DNA from: Auanema rhodensis
Taxonomy: Eukaryota > Animalia > Nematoda
Reading direction: 5' to 3'
Length of the DNA: 64,000 nucleotides
NCBI GenBank assembly: GCA_964057225.1
Contig: CAXKVF010000072.1
Span: 496,001-560,000 of the forward strand
Shown: positions 12,853-26,230 of the stretch, one piece after another
Position numbering within the stretch: the first letter of the stretch is position 1
Layout of the letters: each line of letters starts with the position of its first letter
Translations under genes and position numbers: made by a program
Notes under the pieces: model-generated
Told to the model about the DNA's origin: nothing
Database searches by the model: none
Seen by the model: only the letters and a program-made list of their open reading frames with translations

Positions 12853-15800
12853 TACCAAGTGCACATCACGTGTACATTTAATTAGCATAAATTAAAGTTC
12901 ACGTAAATTTCAAAGTCATGGTTACCATGCACCAATATCAATAAAAATTTGTTTTTAGACTAATATGGACATGGGGAATCTAATTTTGAAAACCGCATCT
13001 CTTTATCTTTCACGTGAAGCGAGTTACATACCAAGTGCACATCACGTGTACATTTAATTAGCATAAATTAAAGTTCACGTAAATTTCAAAGTCATGGTTA
13101 CCATGAACCAATATCAATAAAAATTTGTTTTTAGACTAATATGGACATGGGGAATCTAATTTTGAAAACCGCATCTCTTTATCTTTCACGTGAAGCGAGT
13201 TACATACCAAGTGCACATCACGTGTACATTTAATTAGCATAAATTAAAGTTCACGTAAATTTCAAAGTCATGGTTACCATGCACCAATATCAATAAAAAT
13301 TTGTTTTTAGACTAATATGGACATGGGGAATCTAATTTTGAAAACCGCATCTCTTTATCTTTCACGTGAAGCGAGTTACATACCAAGTGCACATCACGTG
13401 TACATTTAATTAGCATAAATTAAAGTTCACGTAAATTTCAAAGTCATGGTTACCATGAACCAATATCAATAAAAATTTGTTTTTAGACTAATATGGACAT
13501 GGGGAATCTAATTTTGAAAACCGCATCTCTTTATCTTTCACGTGAAGCGAGTTACATACCAAGTGCACATCACGTGTACATTTAATTAGCATAAATTAAA
13601 GTTCACGTAAATTTCAAAGTCATGGTTACCATGCACCAATATCAATAAAAATTTGTTTTTAGACTAATATGGACATGGGGAATCTAATTTTGAAAACCGC
13701 ATCTCTTTATCTTGCACGTGAAGCGAGTTACATACCAAGTGCACATCACGTGTACATTTAATTAGCATAAATTAAAGTTCACGTAAATTTCAAAGTCATG
13801 GTTACCATGCACCAATATCAATAAAAATCTGTTTTTAGACTAATATGGACATGGGGAATCTAATTTTGAAAACCGCATCTCTTTATCTTTCACGTGAAGC
13901 GAGTTACATACCAAGTGCACATCACGTGTACATTTAATTAGCATAAATTAAAGTTCACGTAAATTTCAAAGTCATGGTTACCATGCACCAATATCAATAA
14001 AAATTTGTTTTTAGACTAATATGGACATGGGGAATCTAATTTTGAAAACCGCATCTCTTTATCTTTCACGTGAAGCGAGTTACATATCAAGTGCACATCA
14101 CGTGTACATTTAATTAGCATAAATTAAAGTTCACGTAAATTTCAAAGTCATGGTTACCATTAACCAATATCAATAAAAATTTGTTTTTAGACTAATATGG
14201 ACATGGGGAATCTAATTTTGAAAACCGCATCTCTTTATCTTTCACGTGAAGCGAGTTACATACCAAGTGCACATCACGTGTACATTTAATTAGCATAAAT
14301 TAAAGTTCACGTAAATTTCAAAGTCATGGTTACCATGCACCAATATCAATAAAAATTTGTTTTTAGACTAATATGGACATGGGGAATCTAATTTTGAAAA
14401 CCGCATCTCTTTATCTTTCACGTGAAGCGAGTTACATACCAAGTGCACATCACGTGTACATTTAATTAGCATAAATTAAAGTTCACGTAAATTTCAAAGT
14501 CATGGTTACCATGAACCAATATCAATAAAAATTTGTTTTTAGACTAATATGGACATGGGGAATCTAATTTTGAAAACCGCATCTCTTTATCTTTCACGTG
14601 AAGCGAGTTACATACCAAGTGCACATCACGTGTACATTTAATTAGCATAAATTAAAGTTCACGTAAATTTCAAAGTCATGGTTACCATGCACCAATAACA
14701 ATAAAAATTTGTTTTTAGACTAATATGGACATGGGGAATCTAATTTTGAAAACCGCATCTCTTTATCTTCCACGTGAAGCGAGTTACATACCAAGTGCAC
14801 ATCACGTGTACATTTAATTAGCATAAATTAAAGTTCACGTAAATTTCAAAGTCATGGTTACCATGAACCAATATCAATAAAAATTTGTTTTTAAACTAAT
14901 ATGGACATGGGGAATCTAATTTTGAAAACCGCATCTCTTTATCTTCCACGTGAAGCGAGTTACATACCAAGTGCACATCACGTGTACATTTAATTAGCAT
15001 AAATTAAAGTTCACGTAAATTTCAAAGTCATGGTTACCATGAACCAATATCAATAAAAATTTGTTTTTAGACTAATATGGACATGGGGAATCAAATTTTG
15101 AAAACCGCATCTCTTTATCTTTCACGTGAAGCGAGTTACATACCAAGTGCACATCACGTGTACATTTAATTAGCATAAATTAAAGTTCACGTAAATTTCA
15201 AAGTCATGGTTACCATGAACCAATATCAATAAAAATTTGTTTTTAGACTAATATGGACATGGGGAATTTAATTTTGAAAACCGCATCACTTTATCTTTCA
15301 CGTGAAGCGAGTTACATACCAAGTGCACATCACGTGTACATTTAATTAGCATAAATTAAAGTTCACGTAAATTTCAAAGTCATGGTTACCATGCACCAAT
15401 ATCAATAAAAATTTGTTTTTAGACTAATATGGACATGGGGAATCTAATTTCGAAAACCGCATCTCTTTATATTTCACGTGAAGCGAGTTACATACCAAGT
15501 GCACATCACGTGTACATTTAATTAGCATAAATTAAAGTTCACGTAAATTTCAAAGTCATGGTTACCATGAACCAATATCAATAAAAATTTGTTTTTAGAC
15601 TAATATGGACATGGGGAATCTAATTTTGAAAACCGCATCTCTTTATCTTTCACGTGAAGCGAGTTACATACCAAGTGCACATCACGTGTACATTTAATTA
15701 GCATAAATTAAAGTTCACGTAAATTTCAAAGTCATGGTTACCATGCACCAATATCAATAAAAATTTGTTTTTAGACTAATATGGACATGGGGAATCTAAT

Positions 15801-18800
15801 TTTGAAAACCGCATCTCTTTATCTTGCACGTGAAGCGAGTTACATACCAAGTGCACATCACGTGTACATTTAATTAGCATAAATTAAAGTTCACGTAAAT
15901 TTCAAAGTCATGGTTACCATGAACCAATATCAATAAAAATTTGTTTTTAGACTAATATGGACATGGGGAATCTAATTTTGAAAACCGCATCTCTTTATCT
16001 TTCACGTGAAGCGAGTTACATACCAAGTGCACATCACGTGTACATTTAATTAGCATAAATTAAAGTTCACGTAAATTTCAAAGTCATGGTTACCATGCAC
16101 CAATATCAATAAAAATTTGTTTTTAGACTAATATGGACATGGGGAATCTAATTTCGAAAACCGCATCTCTTTATATTTCACGTGAAGCGAGTTACATACC
16201 AAGTGCACATCACGTGTACATTTAATTAGCATAAATTAAAGTTCACGTAAATTTCAAAGTCATGGTTACCATGAACCAATATCAATAAAAATTTGTTTTT
16301 AGACTAATATGGACATGGGGAATCTAATTTTGAAAACCGCATCTCTTTATCTTTCACGTGAAGCGAGTTACATACCAAGTGCACATCACGTGTACATTTA
16401 ATTAGCATAAATTAAAGTTCACGTAAATTTCAAAGTCATGGTTACCATGCACCAATATCAATAAAAATTTGTTTTTAGACTAATATGGACATGGGGAATC
16501 TAATTTTGAAAACCGCATCTCTTTATCTTTCACGTGAAGCGAGTTACATATCAAGTGCACATCACGTGTACATTTAATTAGCATAAATTAAAGTTCACGT
16601 AAATTTCAAAGTCATGGTTACCATTAACCAATATCAATAAAAATTTGTTTTTAGACTAATATGGACATGGGGAATCTAATTTTGAAAACCGCATCTCTTT
16701 ATCTTTCACGTGAAGCGAGTTACATACCAAGTGCACATCACGTGTACATTTAATTAGCATAAATTAAAGTTCACGTAAATTTCAAAGTCATGGTTACCAT
16801 GAACCAATATCAATAAAAATTTGTTTTTAGACTAATATGGACATGGGGAATCAAATTTTGAAAACCGCATCTCTTTATCTTTCACGTGAAGCGAGTTACA
16901 TACCAAGTGCACATCACGTGTACATTTAATTAGCATAAATTAAAGTTCACGTAAATTTCAAAGTCATGGTTACCATGAACCAATATCAATAAAAATTTGT
17001 TTTTAGACTAATATGGACATGGGGAATCAAATTTTGAAAACCGCATCTCTTTATCTTTCACGTGAAGCGAGTTACATACCAAGTGCACATCACGTGTACA
17101 TTTAATTAGCATAAATTAAAGTTCACGTAAATTTCAAAGTCATGGTTACCATGAACCAATATCAATAAAAATTTGTTTTTAGACTAATATGGACATGGGG
17201 AATTTAATTTTGAAAACCGCATCACTTTATCTTTCACGTGAAGCGAGTTACATACCAAGTGCACATCACGTGTACATTTAATTAGCATAAATTAAAGTTC
17301 ACGTAAATTTCAAAGTCATGGTTACCATGCACCAATATCAATAAAAATTTGTTTTTAGACTAATATGGACATGGGGAATCTAATTTTGAAAACCGCATCT
17401 CTTTATCTTTCACGTGAAGCGAGTTACATACCAAGTGCACATCACGTGTACATTTAATTAGCATAAATTAAAGTTCACGTAAATTTCAAAGTCATGGTTA
17501 CCATGCACCAATATCAATAAAAATTTGTTTTTAGACTAATATGGACATGGGGAATCTAATTTTGAAAACCGCATCTCTTTATCTTGCACGTGAAGCGAGT
17601 TACATACCAAGTGCACATCACGTGTACATTTAATTAGCATAAATTAAAGTTCACGTAAATTTCAAAGTCATGGTTACCATGAACCAATATCAATAAAAAT
17701 TTGTTTTTAGACTAATATGTACATGGGGAATCTAATTTTGAAAACCGCATTTCTTTATCTTTCACGTGAAGCGAGTTACATACCAAGTGCACATCACGTG
17801 TACATTTAATTAGCATAAATTAAAGTTCACGTAAATTTCAAAGTCATGGTTACCATGAACCAATATCAATAAAAATTTGTTTTTAGACTAATATGGACAT
17901 GGGGAATCTAATTTTGAAAACCGCATCTCTTTATCTTTCACGTGAAGCGAGTTACATACCAAGTGCACATCACGTGTACATTTAATTAGCATAAATTAAA
18001 GTTCACGTAAATTTCAAAGTCATGGTTACCATGCACCAATATCAATAAAAATTTGTTTTTAGACTAATATGGACATGGGGAATCTAATTTTGAAAACCGC
18101 ATCTCTTTATCTTGCACGTGAAGCGAGTTACATACCAAGTGCACATCACGTGTACATTTAATTAGCATAAATTAAAGTTCACGTAAATTTCAAAGTCATG
18201 GTTACCATGAACCAATATCAATAAAAATTTGTTTTTAGACTAATATGTACATGGGGAATCTAATTTTGAAAACCGCATTTCTTTATCTTTCACGTGAAGC
18301 GAGTTACATACCAAGTGCACATCACGTGTACATTTAATTAGCATAAATTAAAGTTCACGTAAATTTCAAAGTCATGGTTACCATGCACCAATATCAATAA
18401 AAATTTGTTTTTAGACTAATATGTACATGGGGAATCTAATTTTGAAAACCGCATTTCTTTATCTTTCACGTGAAGCGAGTTACATACCAAGTGCACATCA
18501 CGTGTACATTTAATTATCATAAATTAAAGTTCACGTAAATTTCAAAGTCATGGTTACCATGCACCAATATCAATAAAAATCTGTTTTTAGACTAATATGG
18601 ACATGGGGAATCTAATTTTGAAAACCGCATCTCTTTATCTTTCACGTGAAGCGAGTTACATATCAAGTGCACATCACGTGTACATTTAATTAGCATAAAT
18701 TAAAGTTCACGTAAATTTCAAAGTCATGGTTACCATTAACCAATATCAATAAAAATTTGTTTTTAGACTAATATGGACATGGGGAATCTAATTTTGAAAA

Positions 18801-19892
18801 CCGCATCTCTTTATCTTTCACGTGAAGCGAGTTACATACCAAGTGCACATCACGTGTACATTTAATTAGCATAAATTAAAGTTCACGTAAATTTCAAAGT
18901 CATGGTTACCATGCACCAATATCAATAAAAATTTGTTTTTAGACTAATATGGACATGGGGAATCTAATTTTGAAAACCGCATCTCTTTATCTTTCACGTG
19001 AAGCGAGTTACATACCAAGTGCACATCACGTGCACATTTATTTAGCATAAATTAAAGTTCACGTAAATTTCAAAGTCATGGTTACCATGCACCAATATCA
19101 ATAAAAATTTGTTTTTAGACTAATATGGACATGGGGAATCTAATGTTGAAAACCGCATCTCTTTATCTTTCACGTGAAGCGAGTTACATACCAAGTGCAC
19201 ATCACGTGTACATTTAATTAGCATAAATTAAAGTTCACGTAAATTTCAAAGTCATGGTTACCATGAACCAATATCAATAAAAATTTGTTTTTAGACTAAT
19301 ATGTACATGGGGAATCTAATTTTGAAAACCGCATCTCTTTATCTTTCACGTGAAGCGAGTTACATATCAAGTGCACATCACGTGTACATTTAATTAGCAT
19401 AAATTAAAGTTCACGTAAATTTCAAAGTCATGGTTACCATTAACCAATATCAATAAAAATTTGTTTTTAGACTAATATGGACATGGGGAATCTAATTTTG
19501 AGAACCGCATCTCTTTATCTTTCACGTGAAGCGAGTTACATACCAAGTGCACATCACGTGTACATTTAATTAGCATAAATTAAAGTTCACGTAAATTTCA
19601 AAGTCATGGTTACCATGCACCAATATCAATAAAAATTTGTTTTTAGACTAATATGGACATGGGGAATCTAATTTTGAAAACCGCATCTCTTTATCTTTCA
19701 CGTGAAGCGAGTTACATACCAAGTGCACATCACGTGTACATTTAATTAGCATAAATTAAAGTTCACGTAAATTTCAAAGTCATGGTTACCATGAACCAAT
19801 ATCAATAAAAATTTGTTTTTAGACTAATATGGACATGGGGAATCTAATTTTGAAAACCGCATCTCTTTATCTTTCACGTGAAGCGAGTTACA

Positions 19893-22800
19893 TACCAAGT
19901 GCACATCACGTGTACATTTAATTAGCATAAATTAAAGTTCACGTAAATTTCAAAGTCATGGTTACCATGAACCAATATCAATAAAAATTTGTTTTTAAAC
20001 TAATATGGACATGGGGAATCTAATTTTGAAAACCGCATCTCTTTATCTTCCACGTGAAGCGAGTTACATACCAAGTGCACATCACGTGTACATTTAATTA
20101 GCATAAATTAAAGTTCACGTAAATTTCAAAGTCATGGTTACCATGAACCAATATCAATAAAAATTTGTTTTTAGACTAATATGGACATGGGGAATCAAAT
20201 TTTGAAAACCGCATCTCTTTATCTTTCACGTGAAGCGAGTTACATACCAAGTGCACATCACGTGTACATTTAATTAGCATAAATTAAAGTTCACGTAAAT
20301 TTCAAAGTCATGGTTACCATGAACCAATATCAATAAAAATTTGTTTTTAGACTAATATGGACATGGGGAATCTAATTTTGAAAACCGCATCACTTTATCT
20401 TTCACGTGAAGCGAGTTACATACCAAGTGCACATCACGTGTACATTTAATTAGCATAAATTAAAGTTCACGTAAATTTCAAAGTCATGGTTACCATGCAC
20501 CAATATCAATAAAAATTTGTTTTTAGACTAATATGGACATGGGGAATCTAATTTTGAAAACCGCATCTCTTTATATTTCACGTGAAGCGAGTTACATACC
20601 AAGTGCACATCACGTGTACATTTAATTAGCATAAATTAAAGTTCACGTAAATTTCAAAGTCATGGTTACCATGAACCAATATCAATAAAAATTTGTTTTT
20701 AGACTAATATGGACATGGGGAATCTAATTTTGAAAACCGCATCTCTTTATCTTTCACGTGAAGCGAGTTACATACCAAGTGCACATCACGTGTACATTTA
20801 ATTAGCATAAATTAAAGTTCACGTAAATTTCAAAGTCATGGTTACCATGCACCAATATCAATAAAAATTTGTTTTTAGACTAATATGGACATGGGGAATC
20901 TAATTTTGAAAACCGCATCTCTTTATCTTTCACGTGAAGCGAGTTACATACCAAGTGCACATCACGTGTACATTTAATTAGCATAAATTAAAGTTCACGT
21001 AAATTTCAAAGTCATGGTTACCATGAACCAATATCAATAAAAATTTGTTTTTAGACTAATATGTACATGGGGAATCTAATTTTGAAAACCGCATCTCTTT
21101 ATCTTTCACGTGAAGCGTGTTACATACCAAGTGCACATCACGTGTACAATTAATTAGCATAAATTAAAGTTCACGTAAATTTCAAAGTCATGGTTACCAT
21201 GAACCAATATCAATAAAAATTTGTTTTTAGACTAATATGGACATGGGGAATCTAATTTTGAAAACCGCATTTCTTTATCTTTCACGTGAAGCGAGTTACA
21301 TACCAAGTGCACATCACGTGTACATTTAATTAGCATAAATTAAAGTTCACGTAAATTTCAAAGTCATGGTTACCATGAACCAATATCAATAAAAATTTGT
21401 TTTTAGACTAATATGGACATGGGGAATCAAATTTTGAAAACCGCATCTCTTTATCTTTCACGTGAAGCGAGTTACATACCAAGTGCACATCACGTGTACA
21501 TTTAATTAGCATAAATTAAAGTTCACGTAAATTTCAAAGTCATGGTTACCATGAACCAATATCAATAAAAATTTGTTTTTAGACTAATATGGACATGGGG
21601 AATCTAATTTTGAAAACCGCATCACTTTATCTTTCACGTGAAGCGAGTTACATACCAAGTGCACATCACGTGTTCATTTAATTAGCATAAATTAAAGTTC
21701 ACGTAAATTTCAAAGTCATGGTTACCATGCACCAATATCAATAAAAATTTGTTTTTAGACTAATATGGACATGGGGAATCTAATGTTGAAAACCGCATCT
21801 TTTTATCTTTCACGTGAAGCGAGTTACATACCAAGTGCACATCACGTGTACATTTAATTAGCATAAATTAAAGTTCACGTAAATTTCAAAGTCATGGTTA
21901 CCATGAACCAATATCAATAAAAATTTGTTTTTACACTAATATGGACATGGGGAATCTAATTTTGAAAACCGCATCTCTTTATCTTCCACGTGAAGCGAGT
22001 TACATACCAAGTGCACATCACGTGTACATTTAATTAGCATAAATTAAAGTTCACGTAAATTTCAAAGTCATGGTTACCATGAACCAATATCAATAAAAAT
22101 TTGTTTTTAGACTAATATGGACATGGGGAATCTAATTTTGAAAACCGCATTTCTTTATCTTTCACGTGAAGCGAGTTACATACCAAGTGCACATCACGTG
22201 TACATTTAATTAGCATAAATTAAAGTTCACGTAAATTTCAAAGTCATGGTTACCATGAACCAATATCAATAAAAATTTGTTTTTAGACTAATATGGACAT
22301 GGGGAATCAAATTTTGAAAACCGCATCTCTTTATCTTTCACGTGAAGCGAGTTACATACCAAGTGCACATCACGTGTACATTTAATTAGCATAAATTAAA
22401 GTTCACGTAAATTTCAAAGTCATGGTTACCATGAACCAATATCAATAAAAATTTGTTTTTAGACTAATATGGACATGGGGAATCTAATTTTGAAAACCGC
22501 ATCACTTTATCTTTCACGTGAAGCGAGTTACATACCAAGTGCACATCACGTGTACATTTAATTAGCATAAATTAAAGTTCACGTAAATTTCAAAGTCATG
22601 GTTACCATGCACCAATATCAATAAAAATTTGTTTTTAGACTAATATGGACATGGGGAATCTAATGTTGAAAACCGCATCTTTTTATCTTTCACGTGAAGC
22701 GAGTTACATACCAAGTGCACATCACGTGTACATTTAATTAGCATAAATTAAAGTTCACGTAAATTTCAAAGTCATGGTTACCATGAACCAATATCAATAA

Positions 22801-25800
22801 AAATTTGTTTTTAGACTAATATGGACATGGGGAATCTAATTTTGAAAACCGCATCTCTTCATCTTCCACGTGAAGCGAGTTACATACCAAGTGCACATCA
22901 CGTGTACATTTAATTAGCATAAATTAAAGTTCACGTAAATTTCAAAGTCATGGTTACCATGAACCAATATCAATAAAAATTTGTTTTTAGACTAATATGG
23001 ACATGGGGAATCTAATTTTGAAAACCGCGTCTCTTTATCTTCCACGTGAAGCGAGTTACATACCAAGTGCACATCACGTGTACATTTAATTAGCATAAAT
23101 TAAAGTTCACGTAAATTTCAAAGTCATGGTTACCATGAACCAATATCAATAAAAATTTTTTTTTTTAGACTAATATGGACATGGGGAATCAAATTTTGAA
23201 AACCGCATCTCTTTATCTTTCACGTGAAGCGAGTTACATACCAAGGGCACATCACGTGTACATTTAATTAGCATAAATTAAAGTTCACGTAAATTTCAAA
23301 GTCATGGTTACCATGAACCAATATCAATAAAAATTTGTTTTTAGACTAATATGGACATGGGGAATCTAATTTTGAAAACCGCATCACTTTATCTTTCACG
23401 TGAAGCGAGTTACATACCAAGTGCACATCACGTGTACATTTAATTAGCATAAATTAAAGTTCACGTAAATTTCAAAGTCATGGTTACCATGCACCAATAT
23501 CAATAAAAATTTGTTTTTAGACTAATATGGACATGGGGAATCTAATTTTGAAAACCGCATCTCTTTATATTTCACGTGAAGCGAGTTACATACCAAGTGC
23601 ACATCACGTGTACATTTAATTAGCATAAATTAAAGTTCACGTAAATTTCAAAGTCATGGTTACCATGAACCAATATCAATAAAAATTTGTTTTTAGACTA
23701 ATATGGACATGGGGAATCTAATTTTGAAAACCGCATCACTTTATCTTTCACGTGAAGCGAGTTACATACCAAGTGCACATCACGTGTACATTTAATTAGC
23801 ATAAATTAAAGTTCACGTAAATTTCAAAGTCATGGTTACCATGCACCAATATCAATAAAAATTTGTTTTTAGACTAATATGGACATGGGGAATCTAATTT
23901 TGAAAACCGCATCTCTTTATATTTCACGTGAAGCGAGTTACATACCAAGTGCACATCACGTGTACATTTAATTAGCATAAATTAAAGTTCACGTAAATTT
24001 CAAAGTCATGGTTACCATGAACCAATATCAATAAAAATTTGTTTTTAGACTAATATGGACATGGGGAATCTAATTTTGAAAACCGCATCTCTTTATCTTG
24101 CACGTGAAGCGAGTTACATACCAAGTGCACATCACGTGTACATTTAATTAGCATAAATTAAAGTTCACGTAAATTTCAAAGTCATGGTTACCATGAACCA
24201 ATATCAATAAAATTTTGTTTTTAGACTAATATGTACATGGGGAATCTAATTTTGAAAACCGCATTTCTTTATCTTTCACGTGAAGCGAGTTACATACCAA
24301 GTGCACATCACGTGTACATTTAATTAGCATAAATTAAAGTTCACGTAAATTTCAAAGTCATGGTTACCATGCACCAATATCAATAAAAATTTGTTTTTAG
24401 ACTAATATGTACATGGGGAATCTAATTTTGAAAACCGCATTTCTTTATCTTTCACGTGAAGCGAGTTACATACCAAGTGCACATCACGTGTACATTTAAT
24501 TAGCATAAATTAAAGTTCACGTAAATTTCAAAGTCATAGTTACCATGCACCAATATCAATAAAAATCTGTTTTTAGACTAATATGGACATGGGGAATCTA
24601 ATTTTGAAAACCGCATCTCTTTATCTTTCACGTGAAGCGAGTTACATATCAAGTGCACATCACGTGTACATTTAATTAGCATAAATTAAAGTTCACGTAA
24701 ATTTCAAAGTCATGGTTACCATTAACCAATATCAATAAAAATTTGTTTTTAGACTAATATGGACATGGGGAATCTAATTTTGAAAACCGCATCTCTTTAT
24801 CTTTCACGTGAAGCGAGTTACATACCAAGTGCACATCACGTGTACATTTAATTAGCATAAATTAAAGTTCACGTAAATTTCAAAGTCATGGTTACCATGC
24901 ACCAATATCAATAAAAATTTGTTTTTAGACTAATATGGACATGGGGAATCTAATTTTGAAAACCGCATCTCTTTATCTTTCACGTGAAGCGAGTTACATA
25001 CCAAGTGCACATCACGTGTACATTTAATTAGCATAAATTAAAGTTCACGTAAATTTCAAAGTCATGGTTACCATGAACCAATATCAATAAAAATTTGTTT
25101 TTAGACTAATATGGACATGGGGAATCTAATTTTGAAAACCGCATCTCTTTATCTTTCACGTGAAGCGAGTTACATACCAAGTGCACATCACGTGTACATT
25201 TAATTAGCATAAATTAAAGTTCACGTAAATTTCAAACTCATGGTTACCATGCACCAAAATCAATAAAAATTTGTTTTTAGACTAATATGGACATGGGGAA
25301 TCTAATTTTGAAAACCGCATCTCTTTATCTTTCACGTGAAGCGAGTTACATACCAAGTGCACATCACGTGTACATTTAATTAGCATAAATTAAAGTTCAC
25401 GTAAATTTCAAAGTCATGGTTACCATGCACCAATATCAATAAAAATTTGTTTTTAGACTAATATGGACATGGGGAATCTAATGTTGAAAACCGCATCTCT
25501 TTATCTTTCACGTGAAGCGAGTTACATACCAAGTGCACATCACGTGTACATTTAATTAGCATAAATTAAAGTTCACGTAAATTTCAAAGTCATGGTTACC
25601 ATGAACCAATATCAATAAAAATTTGTTTTTAGACTAATATGTAAATGGGGAATCTAATTTTGAAAACCGCATCTCTTTATCTTTCACGTGAAGCGAGTTA
25701 CATACCAAGTGCACATCACGTGTACAATTAATTAGCATAAATTAAAGTTCACGTAAATTTCAAAGTCATGGTTACCATGAACCAATATCAATAAAAATTT

Positions 25801-26054
25801 GTTTTTAGACTAATATGGACATGGGGAATCTAATTTTGAAAACCGCATTTCTTTATCTTTCACGTGAAGCGAGTTACATATCAAGTGCACATCACGTGTA
25901 CATTTAATTAGCATAAATTAAAGTTCACGTAAATTTCAAAGTCATGGTTACCATGCACCAATATCAATAAAAAATTGTTTTTAGACTTATATGGACATGG
26001 GAAATCAAATTTTGAAAACCGCATCTCTTTATCTTTCACGTGAAGCGAGTTACA
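19893..26054. repeat. 35-monomer (about 6.2 kb) segmental duplication, copy 1
   Basis: Ordered rare variants m170T, m22T, m106C, poly-T expansion, m8G, m95T, m68A, m63C and m110T all recur in the same order 16723-16724 bp downstream. Confidence 0.92.
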
Positions 26055-26230
26055 TACCAAGTGCACATCACGTGTACATTTAATTAGCATAAATTAAAGT
26101 TCACGTAAATTTCAAAGTCATGGTTACCATGAACCAATATCAATAAAAATTTGTTTTTAGACTAATATGGACATGGGGAATCTAATTTTGAAAACCGCAT
26201 CTCTTTATCTTTCACGTGAAGCGAGTTACA

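Noticed and set aside
25908-26090. 60 aa minus-strand ORF (MLIKCTRDVHLV...) as a protein-coding gene
   Set aside because: Lies wholly within satellite monomers, exists only because m110 A>T removes a TAG, and has no recognisable domain or gene context.
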